Below the pieces are notes generated by a model. That model saw only the letters and a list, made by a program, of their open reading frames with translations. It did not search any database and was not told the origin of the DNA. The position numbers were made by a program, and so were the translations under genes. A stretch of DNA of 64,000 bases, taken from Lama glama. Taxonomy: Eukaryota. Every line of letters begins with the position of its first letter. Within the stretch, counting starts at the first letter, position 1. This document shows, piece after piece, positions 1 through 12,920 of this stretch. Location: positions 20,462,001 to 20,526,000 of the forward strand of contig CM052817.1 in the NCBI GenBank assembly GCA_028534125.1. Direction: 5' to 3'.

Positions 1-394
1 TTTCTAATTAATACATTTCCATTTTCTCAATTTAGAATCATATTCCTCTGACTCTAATCTCCCTCTCCCATTTTTACTTTTCATTCTGCCTTTTCATGAG
101 CTCTCTGCTCCAGTGAAGCCTGGTAACTTTCAAGTGACTTTACCTACTTCACACTTTCCTACCTGTTTATCGTAACCTAAACTGTCATCTCCTCCAGCAA
201 TTTTGTCTTCTAATTTTATGTGTGTGAATCCTACTTTCTTTGATTCTTCTTTCATCAGACTTTTTCTGGTTACCAAGTTGGGAATGCTAATTTTAAGTTA
301 TTTTATCTGTGTGATTTTATATTACCTGGAGCTTTCCATCTTTAGTGATGGACTTTTTTGTGGTTTTGTAAGTGTGTATATGTACCATTTATTT

Positions 395-525
395 ATTACA
401 CCATAATCTCTTCACTGGGAAGGTCGAAATCTGATTCATATTTTCCATCTCCCTCCAGTTCTTAGCAAAGTGCCTTGCTGATTGTATCTTAGTAGATACT
501 GACTCAGTAGTGATTGAATTCATTT
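395..525 (+). mobile_element. Degraded L2 LINE 3' end
   Basis: Resembles the L2 3' terminus (cttagcaaagtgccttgc...gattgaattcatt); highly diverged, boundaries approximate. Confidence 0.35.
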
Positions 526-2872
526 GATGCTACAAATGGGAATTTTATGCCGTTTAGAATGGGATTCAATGTAATGTATTAATAGGTACGCAATAAATAT
601 TTATTGCATTTCTACAATAGATTAGGTGCTAAGGCTATCACATTCCTACAAAATATGAAGTGCTGGGTAACAGTTGAGGCGATAGGCACCTATTTATAGA
701 TATAAATATCACAGATCATGTGAGCTCTGTTACAGCTTGTGTTCTTCTGTGTTACTCGGGACGCACCCGATGGCAGGAATTCTATTATTACCAAGCATGT
801 CGCCCAGATGTGATAACTACCTCGTGCCTAGAGTGGCAGGAGGGTATAAAAAGAGACTGGGAAATAGATCAAAATGCAAAAGGCATTAGATTTTCACATT
901 AAGTCAATTCAACTTGATCCTGGGAGAAGTGGGAGTCAGACAGCAGAGGTCTTTTCATAGCGGAGCAGAGGGGAGTGGAGGCCTTGATTTGTTGGGGGAA
1001 TAACTTTAAAAGCAGTGCAAAAGTAGCACTAGGGAGGGAAGACACAGATAACCCTAAAGGGATCTGGGTTGTGGTTTAACGGAGACGTATTTTTCTTGGA
1101 CGTGGAATTCTGTGCCATTAGTGGCCACACTTCATGTGGAATAAGAAGCAGTAGAGACAATCGCTCTCATTCACCATTTCTTGGCACCAATGCACTGCTC
1201 AGCTCTAGAGACTTATTTCCTTATTAGAGGAATTAGTACAATTAATAACAAAAGAAATGCATATTAATGCATCGTTTCTAAAATCCATAGATCAAACACT
1301 ATTCTTTGAATGTGGAGTTCAGTTCAAATTAAATGTTTATATGTGATGATATGGGAAATCTGTATGGTGTTTGGAAATGGAAGGAAAGCATCACTTAAAT
1401 ATAAATTCCTTTGCTCTAATACTGACTGTCAAAAAAGACTTTCCTTGATGTTAAGCTATGAGCTCAAGTAAATCATGCCCAGGAGGCTGAAGGCTAAAGA
1501 ATCATCACTCATGAAACTCATGCCATTCCATTTCTACCCCATCATTGCTTGAACTAACTGCTCAAGCTATAAGCTGATTTTTATTTCAGACTTTACCCCA
1601 AAATATTTTTATTTGATTTTTAACCTTGCATCATATCATTAAAGTATTTTCAATTTGCTTTTTATGTTTCATGGTTTAAAAAAAAAGAATTTATGCTGCA
1701 GATAATGCGGATATGATTTTCACGGTCCTACTGTTAATAATGCTCATTGTTTTCTTTTGAAAAAAATAAAACAATTCATAGGAGTTCATTTGTAGTAAGA
1801 CTATTCTGGCAGTTCTGTAACAGTGAAATTTTTAAGGATTAACAATAGTGAAAGCACAGTCTGCAAAGTTCTTCTTTTTTTTTTCTCCATCTTTTTTCAC
1901 CTTTATTTCAAATTAAAAGATACATATTTCCTTAGTCTGAATGTTTTTCTGCCTGAATGTTTTCTGTGTGATCTTTGCTTTGCAACCGAGGAAGTTCAAC
2001 TTCAACCTGCTAGAGCTGAAAGGGCCCACAGCACGCCACAGGCTATCTATTGTTTCAAGAATGTAGAACCGCTCTCCTATAAATAATAATGTGTAATACT
2101 CATAATGTTAAATTTTACAACAGTGATGTCCTGTGGCATTGTTCTGTGTTGCTGAAGTACTTGTCAATACTCCACAGAATGCAGTTTGCTCATATCATAT
2201 CAATGCAAAATATTTAACCCACAGTTCTATAGATAAACACCCACATTCACTATGTGCAATTTTCAAAATACCTGTTTTAGGCTTTGTCATAAAATGTATG
2301 CAAAATCCTATATAAACCATATTCAGTATGCTTTTAAATACAATTTTTCAACAAATGATTATATTTTTATTTGAAGTTTTCATTGTTTTTCATCAGTTTT
2401 AGAAGAAATACCATCACGCCTTTACTGTTGCTGTTACATGGGGTGACAATTCATCATGTCTTTTCTAATTGAAAGAGTTAAATGTTTTCTTTTAAAAATT
2501 CACTTGGAAATCAAGATTGTCTTACTAATGTTATTATAAAAAGGTATAATTTCTGATATATCATATCCCTTGTCAGAATATCTTACCATTGGATATAATT
2601 TAGAATTTTCTCAATGCTTGTTTTGCCAATTCTGAATATAACTTTTCTTGATATCATAAGTAAAGCGTATCAGGAATATTAATGTCAGTGTTGAGTCATG
2701 TACTGAGTGCTGAAGCATTACCCAATGGACTATAAAAGTATAAAAGGGCTGAATTATTTTGGACGCACATATAAATATTTAGATATATAATAAATATTTG
2801 GAAATATATTTTTCCACATGTATGTTTCACATGTCCATATTTATGTCCATGCATATTATTCATATATATTCA

Positions 2873-2890
2873 TGTGTGTGTGTGTGTGTG
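2873..2890. repeat. (TG)9 microsatellite
   Basis: Read directly from the sequence. Confidence 0.95.
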
Positions 2891-2939
2891 TATATGTTTC
2901 AGAATGTATTTTTCTATTCCTACAATCACCAGAGAGAAA

Positions 2940-3970
2940 CGATTACTCAGCAACTACTGAATACCTGCTTTAGCCCAGGCACTGTGCTTGAGGCTGGGAA
3001 TACAAATATGGGAAAGATACTATCTGTGTTTTCAAGGAACTCATTACCAAGAGTGTCAAATGTGTTACAAGTGCTATAGGACAACAGAGATAAAGAAGGA
3101 AAGTGAAGACATTTGGGAAAGATTTAATAATACAAGAAACTGTTGCACTGAGCCTTATAATAAATTAAGTTTACTCTCTCTAAGGAGGAAAGAAAGATGC
3201 ATTTAAACTGGGAAAGAAATCATGAACGAGATAATGAAAGCATCAAAGTTCATCACTTATTTGCTAAAAGGCCCATAATCCAGTGTGGTTACAGTATAGT
3301 GAACATGGGTTATATGACTAGATGTGAACCTGAAAGATGAAGTCGATGCAACTTGAAATGAGCCTTGGATTTTATGCCTAGGAGTTTGAGTTTATCCTGT
3401 AAGCATTTGGAAGTCACCATTTCAAGCAAGGGTATAATGTGTACCTGTTAGGACAATGGCTCTGCTGGAAGAGTGGAGGACAGGCCATAGTAAAAGTACT
3501 GGAGAGAGGGGTATTTGTCAGGAAACTCCTATCGTCCAATACAGTCTGATCATGTGATTCTGATGCCATGACTTTGGAGATAGATCAAGAGGCATTTGGA
3601 CAAAAGGATATAAAATATTTGGTAGATGGTTGAGACTGGGGAAAAGAGGAGAGAAAAACAGGATTGGAAAAGAATTTTGTTTCAGATTTTAGTTTGAACA
3701 TTTTAATAAGAAAGTGGACTTTGAAATGTAGGAGATTAAGACAGGGAAAAGAAAGAATTAAACAGTTCATCTACACTTAGGGGTCGGTGCCTCCCTGGAA
3801 GTATGTGCAATCCGTAGGGGATTTACAGAGAGCATAAAAACAGAAGTTCGCAAAGAACCAGTCTTGACGAACCTGGGAAAGATACCATAAAGGCAGCACC
3901 AAAGAAGTAAAAACGTAGAATTCGAAGAAAATTTTGTGATGAAAAGCTGGATAAAAGATGGAAAGTGTAT
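2940..3970 (-). mobile_element. Degraded L2 LINE fragments
   Basis: Starts with the typical antisense L2 tail (caactactgaatacctgctttagcccaggcactgtgcttgaggctgggaatacaa...aaggaactca), followed by purine-rich antisense L2 body (gagtttatcctgtaagcatttggaagtcacc). Confidence 0.6.
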
Positions 3971-4103
3971 CTACTAATACACATAATGATAATAACAATA
4001 TCAGAAGCAATAACAATAGCAAAAATTGGCTTAACCCGTACTAGGCACTAGTCTTTGCACTAAAAATATGACACAGATGAGCTCATTTAATTTTCATAAT
4101 AAA

Positions 4104-4520
4104 ATTTGTTTTCAAGCAATAGAAATCAAGTTTATCACTTAGTATTGTAAACTGAAGATGGTTTGGGGGGACCATGACATGAGGCTCACAAAGTACTCGT
4201 GGAGGATGCACGTGCTCAGGAAACAGAAAGGTATAGTCCGACTCCAGAGGGTAGAAGTAAATTCAGAGGTTAGTAGGGATCGGTGAGCTGTCTCCTCAAA
4301 ACCTACTGCTGGGATGACTTAAATCCAATTATGTTAAATTATATCATCACTATGCTCACTACTCAGACTCCAGGGAGGCAAGGCTGAAATATCCTCTTGG
4401 GGTAACTTGTCAGCCTTTTGGTTAAAGAAGGGCAGTGCACTTTAGATAATAGTCTCACCAAACTAAATTCAGTGACTGAAAGTAATTTGCTCAAAGGAAG
4501 TTGAGGTGTTCTTAAAACTG
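4104..4520 (-). mobile_element. Old ERVL-MaLR solo LTR (MLT1J/K/L-like)
   Basis: Ends resemble antisense MLT1 LTR termini (ttcaagcaatagaaatcaa... and ...gtaatttgctcaaaggaagttgaggtgttctta). Subfamily uncertain. Confidence 0.5.
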
Positions 4521-4561
4521 ACCCATGCATCCTCAATTTAGATATGAGGGAGCTCAGTCTT

Positions 4562-4880
4562 ACTCATTTATTTATTTTTTAGTTGAAGTATAGTCAGTTT
4601 ACAATGGTGCATTAATTGCTGGCGTGCAGCATAATGTTTCAGTCATATGTATACATACATATATTCCTTTTCATATACTTTTTCATTATAGGTTACTACA
4701 AGATATTGATATTATCCAGTTTTGTGAGGATTCTCCTTGTATTTCCTCTGTAAGAGATATTCTGCCAAAGTTCAGGAGATACTCTGTGTGAATTGTTATG
4801 TATGTAGATGTAGTCTGTGAGGTATTTGTGGGAGAAGGTGAGCCACATATTCTTCTCCTCTGCCACCCTAGCCCAGCCCC
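4562..4880 (-). mobile_element. Internally deleted L1: ~170 bp L1 5' terminus fused to ~150 bp L1 3' terminus plus A-rich tail
   Basis: 4562-4709 aligns by eye with the L1 3' ends at 32109 and 37210. The reverse complement of 4710-4880 (GGGGCTGGGCTAGGGTGGCAGAGGAGAAG...CTCACCTTCTCCCACAAATAC...TACATCTACA) resembles cetartiodactyl L1 5'UTR starts. Flanking direct repeat gagggagctcagtctt (4546-4561) / aagcgagctaaatctt (4881-4896), 12/16 identical. Confidence 0.7.
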
Positions 4881-5199
4881 AAGCGAGCTAAATCTTAAGG
4901 AAGTTAAATAGCTTTGCCAAATTTAAGCAGTAAGTGAATGAAATCATATTAAAGCCAAACTCCCAGCATTCAGATCAAGAAAATTGAAGAGTGAGGAAAG
5001 ACTCCTTTATGTAGCATTTCTAATAGTTTCATCAACATGGTGGCCGGGTAAGATAACATCAAGTTTTATGGAACCAGTTTTAAATAAAAGCAGAGCCATT
5101 GAATGCAAGGTACTTTGCCAAGAATTTTTGCAGGAGGAAAAAAAAAAAAGGAAACAGCAATTTGGTGGTGGAAGAGAGGAATAAAGATTTTTTTTATAA

Positions 5200-6330
5200 A
5201 ATAGGGAAATTCAGGTAGGTTAGTAGGTTGAAAGAAAGCTAGAGGTTGAACAGAAAAGAGAAAGCACATTGGTGAAACAGGGTCATGGCAGAGGCAGGAA
5301 GGAGTGGAATCAAAAGGTCAGATGAACAAGAGAGTAAGGGTTCTTCTTCTGAGATGCAAAGTGAAGCCTGGGTAAGTAAATACAGATAAATTAAGAAATG
5401 GACAGGAGGGAAGCCGAGGGGATTCACACATGATGGCCTCAATGTTCTCAGCAGTAGGAGGTGAAATCATGTTGAGGTTGAGGGGGGTGAGGGTGAGTGG
5501 GGGATCTGAGGAGGGTGTGGTGGGAACAGCTGCTGTGTGCAATGGGAAGACCAGCCAAGTAGGAATGAGTAATAGGACTGCTAAGCAGCTCTGAGTGTTC
5601 AGCTGACATCGGAAATCATAAATTTGTAGCAGAGTCAATCAGCGTGGTTATTCAATTTTCTCAGGAACTCTTGGCAGCCCGGGAGGAGGAGGAGAGCAAA
5701 CAGATGGTAGGATTGATTTGGTGATGGGATTGGCAAGACAGCTGTGAGAGAAGGTCAAAGAGTGGAAGAATCAGTTGCACCCAGGAAAGTATCTTATCAG
5801 GGGGATCAAAACTAGGAAGAGGTAAGAGTCAAGCCAGGAACGACTGGAGACTGCCAAAAATAATGGAAGGACAAAGCAGGGAAGAGCATCAGCCTTTGAA
5901 GCCTAAGAAGAATTTTTGTCGGCATGAGTGAGTGGGATAGGGGATTAGAAGGAGAATTTCACAATTCTGGATATTACAGTAGAATACTTTGTTTAGAAAT
6001 AATCCATTTTGTATCTAGTGTGGATTGCCCAAGCTTAGTGGAAGTGATGGTCACTGGAATATAGGAGCAAAAGGATTTTGAAACTGAATAGATATATGAG
6101 TCATCCAAGTCATCCAGGATAGTGAGAAGTGATAGAAGAAACCAAACACCAAACAAGCAGCAGCCAAATTATTCAAGTGAATTGATGAACTACTTGTAGA
6201 TGACAAGATATAAAAGACAGGTAGAGTTTGCTTGGTGGTTTGGGCTTTGTAGACATAGAGCTTATTGAACTAAGATAATAGAAGAATGTCTCAGAATTGG
6301 TAGAGGAAGTCCAAGAGAATGTGCCTCTTC
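5200..6330 (-). mobile_element. Degraded L2 LINE body
   Basis: Purine-rich stretch with L2-like antisense motifs (gatggcctcaatgttctcagcagtaggagg; tggattgcccaagcttagtggaagtgatggtcactgg). Confidence 0.45.
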
Positions 6331-6619
6331 CTCTTTGCCTGGAGATAAGAAGATGATTATTATTTTTAACAGTGTTATAGCTTGAAGTGAAATCTATATG
6401 AATAAACCTTAAAACTCTTTGCAAACAATTCACAGGCATGGAACCTTAATTTCTTTTTAGCCTACAATATGTCCTAGGAGATAAATTTCTTCTTCTCTAC
6501 TAGGTCATGCTAATTTGCACGTGAATATATGGTAGTACAACCTACCTTAAACAGAAAGAACCTAACTAACTACAAAAAGTAGATCTCTGACTTAGCTACC
6601 ACCTCCAGGTATAGCCTCA

Positions 6620-8045
6620 AGTGCCTGATCTGCTTCACCAAAGCATATCAAAGTGTCCATATGGTCATTCTCCACTTATGTCTCAAAGTCTCTTTAATCC
6701 ACTCCTGTGGGTCTTTGATCCTTTCCACTCCCCAGGCATGGCTCTATCAAGGTTAGCAGAATTCCTTTTGCTAAATTCAGTGATCAATTCTGTCCCCTTG
6801 TCTAAATTTAGTATTTGGTTATTCACTCCCTCTCCCTGGGGTACTTCTCATCACCATATTCACTTGGTTTTCCTTCTCCATTGTTGACTGCATCTTCTTA
6901 GTCTCCTGTGCTGCTTCTAATAGTAAGATGACTAGATCATATAGTGCCCCAGGATTTTGATTCTATATATCACCATCCCAGGCTTCTCCTCTGGGCTCCC
7001 TACTCAATACAAATACCTATCTGGCTTTTCTACTGGTAAAGTCAGTAGTCCACAGTGGTCATGTGGCAGATCCTGGCATCAGATTCTCCTTGACTCCATT
7101 AGCTGGCTGACTAGGGTAAGTCTCTCTGTACTTTTTTTAGTTTTCTTCTCTCTAAAATGAGAATAATAATAAAAACTACTTCATGGGATTCTTGGGACAA
7201 TTAAATAAGTAAAAGATATAAATAAATAAAAATGTAAGTGTTTACAAGTATACTTGTCACAGAATAAGTGCTTAATAATTACTACTTATTAACATTATTA
7301 TCACAAACATAACACAGTAAAAGTAGAACCATTAATTTTTTCCCCTCATATACCTCCGTTTGCCCTTTTAATAAACCCTTCTCAGGTGAATGAATAGTAC
7401 TGATATCTACCCACTTTTTTTTCACGGAAAAATCCCCAAGATCATCTTTTACTCTTTTCCCTTATATGCCACTCCAATCCACCAGTAATTTCTATTACCT
7501 TTACATCAAAAATATTTACCAAATCTGACCACTTTTCACCACCTTCTATTCTAAATCATAAACCAAGCCACTGACATCTGCTGTGTGTCTAATTCTACCA
7601 TGCTTCCTACAATATCCATGGAGTGATATTTCTAGTGTGCAAATGCATATATGTCCTTCCACTATTTAAAATCTGCCACTGTTTTACCATTACAATGAGA
7701 ATAAAACCCAATCTTCCAAAGTGGTCTACAAGCATGCCCTGTTTGGGGACCAGTCTGCCCCTGGGAGCTCAGCTCCTTTCACTCTCAGCATTATTCTCTA
7801 AACCAAAGCCACTCTGATCCCTTTTTCTGTCACTCAAACATGCCAAAGATTCTTTCTTCGAAGCCTTTGAATTTGTTTTGCTTTCTATCTGGAACACTCT
7901 TTCTCCCATCCAGTCTTCATATGCAGGCCTTGTCTTCATCATTTAAATCTCACTTCAGATGTCAGGTCCTCACTGGGGCCCCCTTGACCATCTTCATCAT
8001 GATACTCTGTTGTAGAGTTTTTGTAGCACTCATTAGGGTCTGCCA
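6620..8045 (+). mobile_element. Degraded L2 LINE, interrupted by a MIR
   Basis: L2 sense motifs (tttgatcctttccactcccca...ctctatcaagg; atctgaccacttttcaccacc; aatctcacttcagatgtcaggtcctca). Confidence 0.6.
7045..7302 (+). mobile_element. MIR SINE inserted in L2
   Basis: MIR core (tagttttcttctctctaaaatgagaataataataaaaactacttcatggg) and tail (cacagaataagtgcttaataa). Confidence 0.7.
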
Positions 8046-10599
8046 TTTCCACTCCAACCTTAGTTTGCCTAAATTGGTCATACCTAAATCTGGAAAATTT
8101 TTTTAAAAACCTCTTGTAAGCTTTCATTTGTTTTACTTGATTATTTACATTTTGGTCAGCAGAGTTCTTAAATTTTATTTTTGTATATACTTGGTCGTAT
8201 AAGGAAAGTGATTATTAGATGATACACTGGTGTTTGCTGGTGGATTCAGCATTGAGAATGTTGTAACCATCTCCAACTAGCCTCTTCATATTTGTAAAAG
8301 TTGATGTGAATAAAATGATACTTGTTTTGGATCTGGAGTTCTGTTGGAGAACAATTTTTGGAAAATGAGCTGTTCACCTTTTGATTTATATACAAGATAT
8401 GTATCTAAGAAGACACTGCTAAAATGACTCGAAGGTTGTATGTAAGCCTAGAAATACTTCACTTGAATGATGAATTACTTTATCAATGAAGCTAATGTAT
8501 CAGAAGATTCTAATTGTTGTGTCAGTAGTTCTCCAAAGTGTAAACAATGAAATACAAACAAATATTGTCTTCCTTACATTTATTTTACTTTTGAGGAAAA
8601 CAGTGCAAAACCTACTTCTTATTGTTTCTGAAGCAAGGATACTTATTAACTTGAGAAACCATGTCTTTTGATTATAAATATCGTGAGATCAAGACATTGA
8701 CCATAGAGGATGTTCATGGATTACTGTTTTAAGGTAACTACCATGAGGATATCAGGCATGCATGAACTGCAATCATGGGCTTTCCACTACCAAAATAGAA
8801 TAGATTCTTATTCATCGAATACAATGCTATATTTTCAGCCCCAGCTAACTCTTTATAATCACTTAAGATTTGAATATAAAATTAGGCTTTCTAGTCTTAA
8901 CTGCAAATATTATATTTCTGGATTCAGGTTGGATTTTTTTAAAGATAGGATGGAGCACGTGTTCTGACTTTGTAGCTAAATATTATTATACTCCGAGGCC
9001 TAACTCGGGACATATTGTAACAGTCATCATCTATTTGTGAAAAAGGAAATTTGGGGACTTCTGGCACGCTTTCAAAATTCCAGTTGATGGAAAGGACTAT
9101 GAGAGAGGCTTTTTGACCTGAAATATTTTGTAAATCCCAGAGTGAGATGCTTAATTAGAGCATACATTGTGAAGGACTCTCAAACAAGAGAGGTCTCAAT
9201 CCAAGTTTTTTTTTTCCCCTAAGAGGAGCCAAAACGTGTCATCACAGTGGGCTCTCTGGGGGCCTACAGTGACATGGGTGGCTTCTTTTCTTAGCTGGTG
9301 TAGGAAGGAGGGGTAGGCATGTAGATACATCTTTGTGTTGGTGTTTGCAGAAGATAAGTGAGAACCAGACATGCAGACAGGCTGTGGGATGGTTGGAAGC
9401 GATGTCAGTACTGACTACATGAACAAACATACTGGAAAGGGGTTAAATGCCATTATCCATCATTGATTTTATAGAGAGATTACAATAGATAAATTTCAAA
9501 TATCACAGACAAGCCACTATGAATTGCATTTCCTAGTATAAAATATTTAGTAGTTTTTCACATGGATTCGTTAAGATGTTTGAATAAATAATAATTGTTT
9601 TCTGCTTCTTTGTTGGCAAGGAAAGCCAGAAAACTTTTTCAGGGCATCTGGCTAAAAACCCTCTTTCTCTCTCTCTCTCTTTTTTATTCCCCCTTCAGGA
9701 TAACTTAGACACAATTCCTAAAAGAACACCATTTGGCTGATTTCCATCTGGCATCCTTCTCTACTTATTTTTACTGAAAAGTGTGGAGCCTAGTTTTTAA
9801 TGCTATTTCTGAATAAATTCAGCTTTCAGCTCAACACCCATTCTCCCCTCTGTGTTTCATATGAGCAGTTGCCTCTTTTTGTGTGGTAAATAAATATAGC
9901 TCTGGGCTCTAACCAGGTAGAATCAGATAAAAAGCCAACTGTAGAAATATGGGCTGACTTTCTAGTAATCTTTTATAGGCTTTAGAATACAAATGTGTCG
10001 TGAAAAGCTCTGTCTGTGCGGAAGAACTGAGTGTTTTACACACAGCTAATTAGAAAATTGTCAAGATATATATTGCTTTTTACAAATGTTTTTGTATTTG
10101 TTATTTCGCATATGAAATAAAAAATTATCATGTTGCTGAATTACGAAAAACCTCTCGACTGAGAGGCCTTCATCAATGACTAATTGCTACTATTTGTAAC
10201 CCACTTTACAAGCAAATAAAGTGCCCATCTGGTAATTCTATTAATGGTTTCTTTATTAAAACGGCTATTGGTCCTCAAAGAGAAAATATGCAATTATGAA
10301 ATATTCATATTGGTGTCACTTCTGAAAAGCTCACAAATGTATCTAGAAAAACAGAGTTTATCATTCTTTTTCTCATTCTCTATTAAGCCTATAACCTTTT
10401 AAAAACTTAAATTGGATTAATGATGTAGCTACATACACTCAACAAAATGGAAAATTAAACAGTTATTTAAATAAATCAAAACAAAAAATAAACTTTCATA
10501 ATCAATCATTTGGATAGCAGTGTGAACTCCCTCAACTCTGGCCCCCAGCCCTCTGTGTTGCCCGCTGGAGAATGTCTTGAATAACCAGGTCTCCCCACT

Positions 10600-10790
10600 G
10601 AAAAGAGGGAAAGGGAAAAACTAGTCCTGGTCTTATTTTGACAAGCTTTCTCCGTGAACAAAACTCGGCATGTCTCTGAGACTCCATTTCCGTGGTGGTC
10701 AAATGCAGGGAATGTCTCTGCTAGTCTTTGGCGCTGTTACGAAGAATGAATAAAATGAAGAATGTGCAAATATTTTGTCAAAGTAAGTCC
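10600..10790 (+). mobile_element. MIR SINE fragment
   Basis: tctctgagactccatttcc...aaatgcagggaatg...gttacgaagaatgaataaaatgaagaatgtg. Confidence 0.5.
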
Positions 10791-11439
10791 CTCGAGGAGG
10801 CAGAGATAGCTGTCACCAGCCAGGCTTCTCAATAGGGCCATCTTTGTCACCCACCTGAAGACTAAAGTATTTTATCTCTGAGGAGAAGTAGTATGTAGAA
10901 TTGGTCCAGCCCTGCTTCATTCTGAGCCTCAGTCTCTGAGGGGTCCGTGAAGATTCACTGACCTTGCATCTCCCGCAGCGTGGGAGTTCTGTACAGCCTC
11001 CCCTACAGGGAGACTCCAGTTCTCCTGCTTGTCTTCTGACTTGGCTGACCCAGTGACCGTCTCAGCAGAAGCAGAATGGGTTAGTCTGGTTTACTTCGTA
11101 TACGTAACACCTCCTGTGCCCCGGCTCCAATGCTCTGGCACCTTTCCTGGTTTTGTGATGCCCTCTCAGTCCTGTTTGCATTTGCACACATCTGGAGTGC
11201 AAATTCTCTTTTTCTTCTGGTTACATTTTCCTTGTTCTTCAACAGGCAGCTCAACTCTGTCTGGTATGATTATAGAGACTTAATTTTTTTTTCCTTCTTT
11301 ACACTTCAGTTCTTTACACTTTAGTTTTCTTTCATGACTTTTATAGTTTATAATGCCGCCTGAAGATTTCATTAAGAAAAACCTGAAGTTTTTTGAAGGG
11401 TCAGGTGCCCGTCTTGCCTTTTACTAGCACAAATGTCCA

Positions 11440-11590
11440 CCTCTCCTAATAATTATCTGAGTGGATAACGTTTATAACGGACTGTTTATTTGTCTGTCTC
11501 ACTAGACTGAGATCTTCTGTAAATACAGTCATGGCTGCTGCAATATCTTTAATAGGCATTTATTACCTGTAAGTTGAATGAATGAATAGA
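11440..11590 (+). mobile_element. L2 3' end
   Basis: tgtttatttgtctgtctcactagactgagatc...ttgaatgaatgaata. Confidence 0.55.
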
Positions 11591-12169
11591 TATACAGATA
11601 GTTTATGTGTGTAGTTCATTTTAATTTCATAAATAGATATAGGACGATATTAAACAGCTAATAATTAATTAGATTTGCAGTTAATATAACAAGTTCTTAG
11701 TTTATTTTGTGCTTTCATACTCATTGGACTTAAATATTGAAAAATAAATTTTGTTATAGTAACAAATAAATAGACGTAAGTATAATAAATAAATAAATGA
11801 GGAACGCTTTTGTAAATTATCATTTTTAAAGCAACTTTTCATTCTCTCATTTCTTTTTTTGTACTGTATAAAGTATTTTCATCTTGAAGGTCACGGCTGA
11901 ACTTTAACAGTCATAGTAGAGGCACTATGCCGATGTCACAACACAGCTCATAAAATCCCGTAGTGACTCTTTTACTGTCACAGATCATGTCTAGCTATCT
12001 GTGTATTTCTTATCAAAACTGAGGTTCAGATAACTGGAAACATTTGAATGACAATCAGAAACTTCCAATATTCTGCTCATGTGAAAGGATGCTACACCTT
12101 CTGTTGGAAGAATATTTCCTCCCAAGTGGCAGTCAGTGGCTTCTGGCATGAGTTGGCAAAAATAAGCAC

Positions 12170-12920
12170 TATTTCATTCAATTCAGTTCAATTCAATAGA
12201 TGTTTACTGTATACCAAATAACTCACGAGTCTCTAGATACATAGAAGTGTATAAAGCCTTGGCTCATTCTTCGAGGAAGTCATAAGTTTTAGGGAGGCAA
12301 AAAGTATTCAATTACTGATAAAGAAATGGTGAAATGTTCATTAATAGCATTAAACAAAATTTCTTAGGGGCTGTTCTTTGCTTGGCACTGCGTTGGGCAC
12401 TCATAAAGCACTGTAAGAACACAGCAGTGTAGAATCTTTAGCTCTGGCATTGGAGGAGGGCCCTGGGATGGAACTGACTCCTCACTGGGCACGGTAGTTA
12501 AAATATTTTGGAGCCAAAATACTTTTTAGTATGGGGCCCATGACAGTGTTTCAGTTTCACTTAAAATCAGAAGATAAACAAGGATCTTTTCAGTCAAATA
12601 AAATGTTTTAATACAGAATAGTAATATGTTTATCTTTATACCAACATGGTCATTATACATAATGTGTAATGTGTTTTAATGATGAAAGTGTTCTATAAAG
12701 GCAGAAGAGCCTAGGGTCCATGGAAGTCATAATGTGACCTTGACTGAGGGCAAGTGGAAGCCAGAGGGATTCCGAAAAGTCTCAGAGCAATGGAGTTGAG
12801 CTTTGAAATACAAGTAACATTTGACTAGGTAGAGGACAGGAAGGCCTTATAGTGAAAAAGATTAGCCAAGGGCAAGGCCCAGACTTGGGAAAGTATAGGG
12901 TGATTTAATTCAGGGGTGCA
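12170..12920 (-). mobile_element. Degraded L2 fragments flanking a hAT element
   Basis: Antisense L2 tail (ttcattcaattcagttcaattcaatagatgtttactg) and body (gttgagctttgaaatacaagtaacatttgactaggtagag). Confidence 0.5.
12469..12742 (+). mobile_element. Non-autonomous hAT-Tip100 DNA transposon (ORSL-like)
   Basis: ggggcccatgacagtgtttcagtttcacttaaaatcagaaga...atctttataccaaca...ggcagaagagcctagggtccatggaagtcataatgtgaccttg matches my recollection of the ~275 bp ORSL consensus. Confidence 0.6.

Larger units (their letters stand above)
4020..4965 (-). mobile_element. MIR SINE split into three pieces by a MaLR LTR and an L1-derived insertion
   Basis: MIR-like pieces at ~4020-4100 (ctcatttaattttcataat), ~4525-4560 (atcctcaatttagatatgagggagctcag) and ~4897-4965 (ggaagttaaatagctttgccaa...cagtaagtg). 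Confidence 0.5.

Noticed and set aside
1823..2086. 87-aa ORF ending EEVQLQPARAERAHSTPQ...
   Set aside because: Non-ATG start, includes a polyT tract, and only a non-consensus GAG acceptor is available internally.
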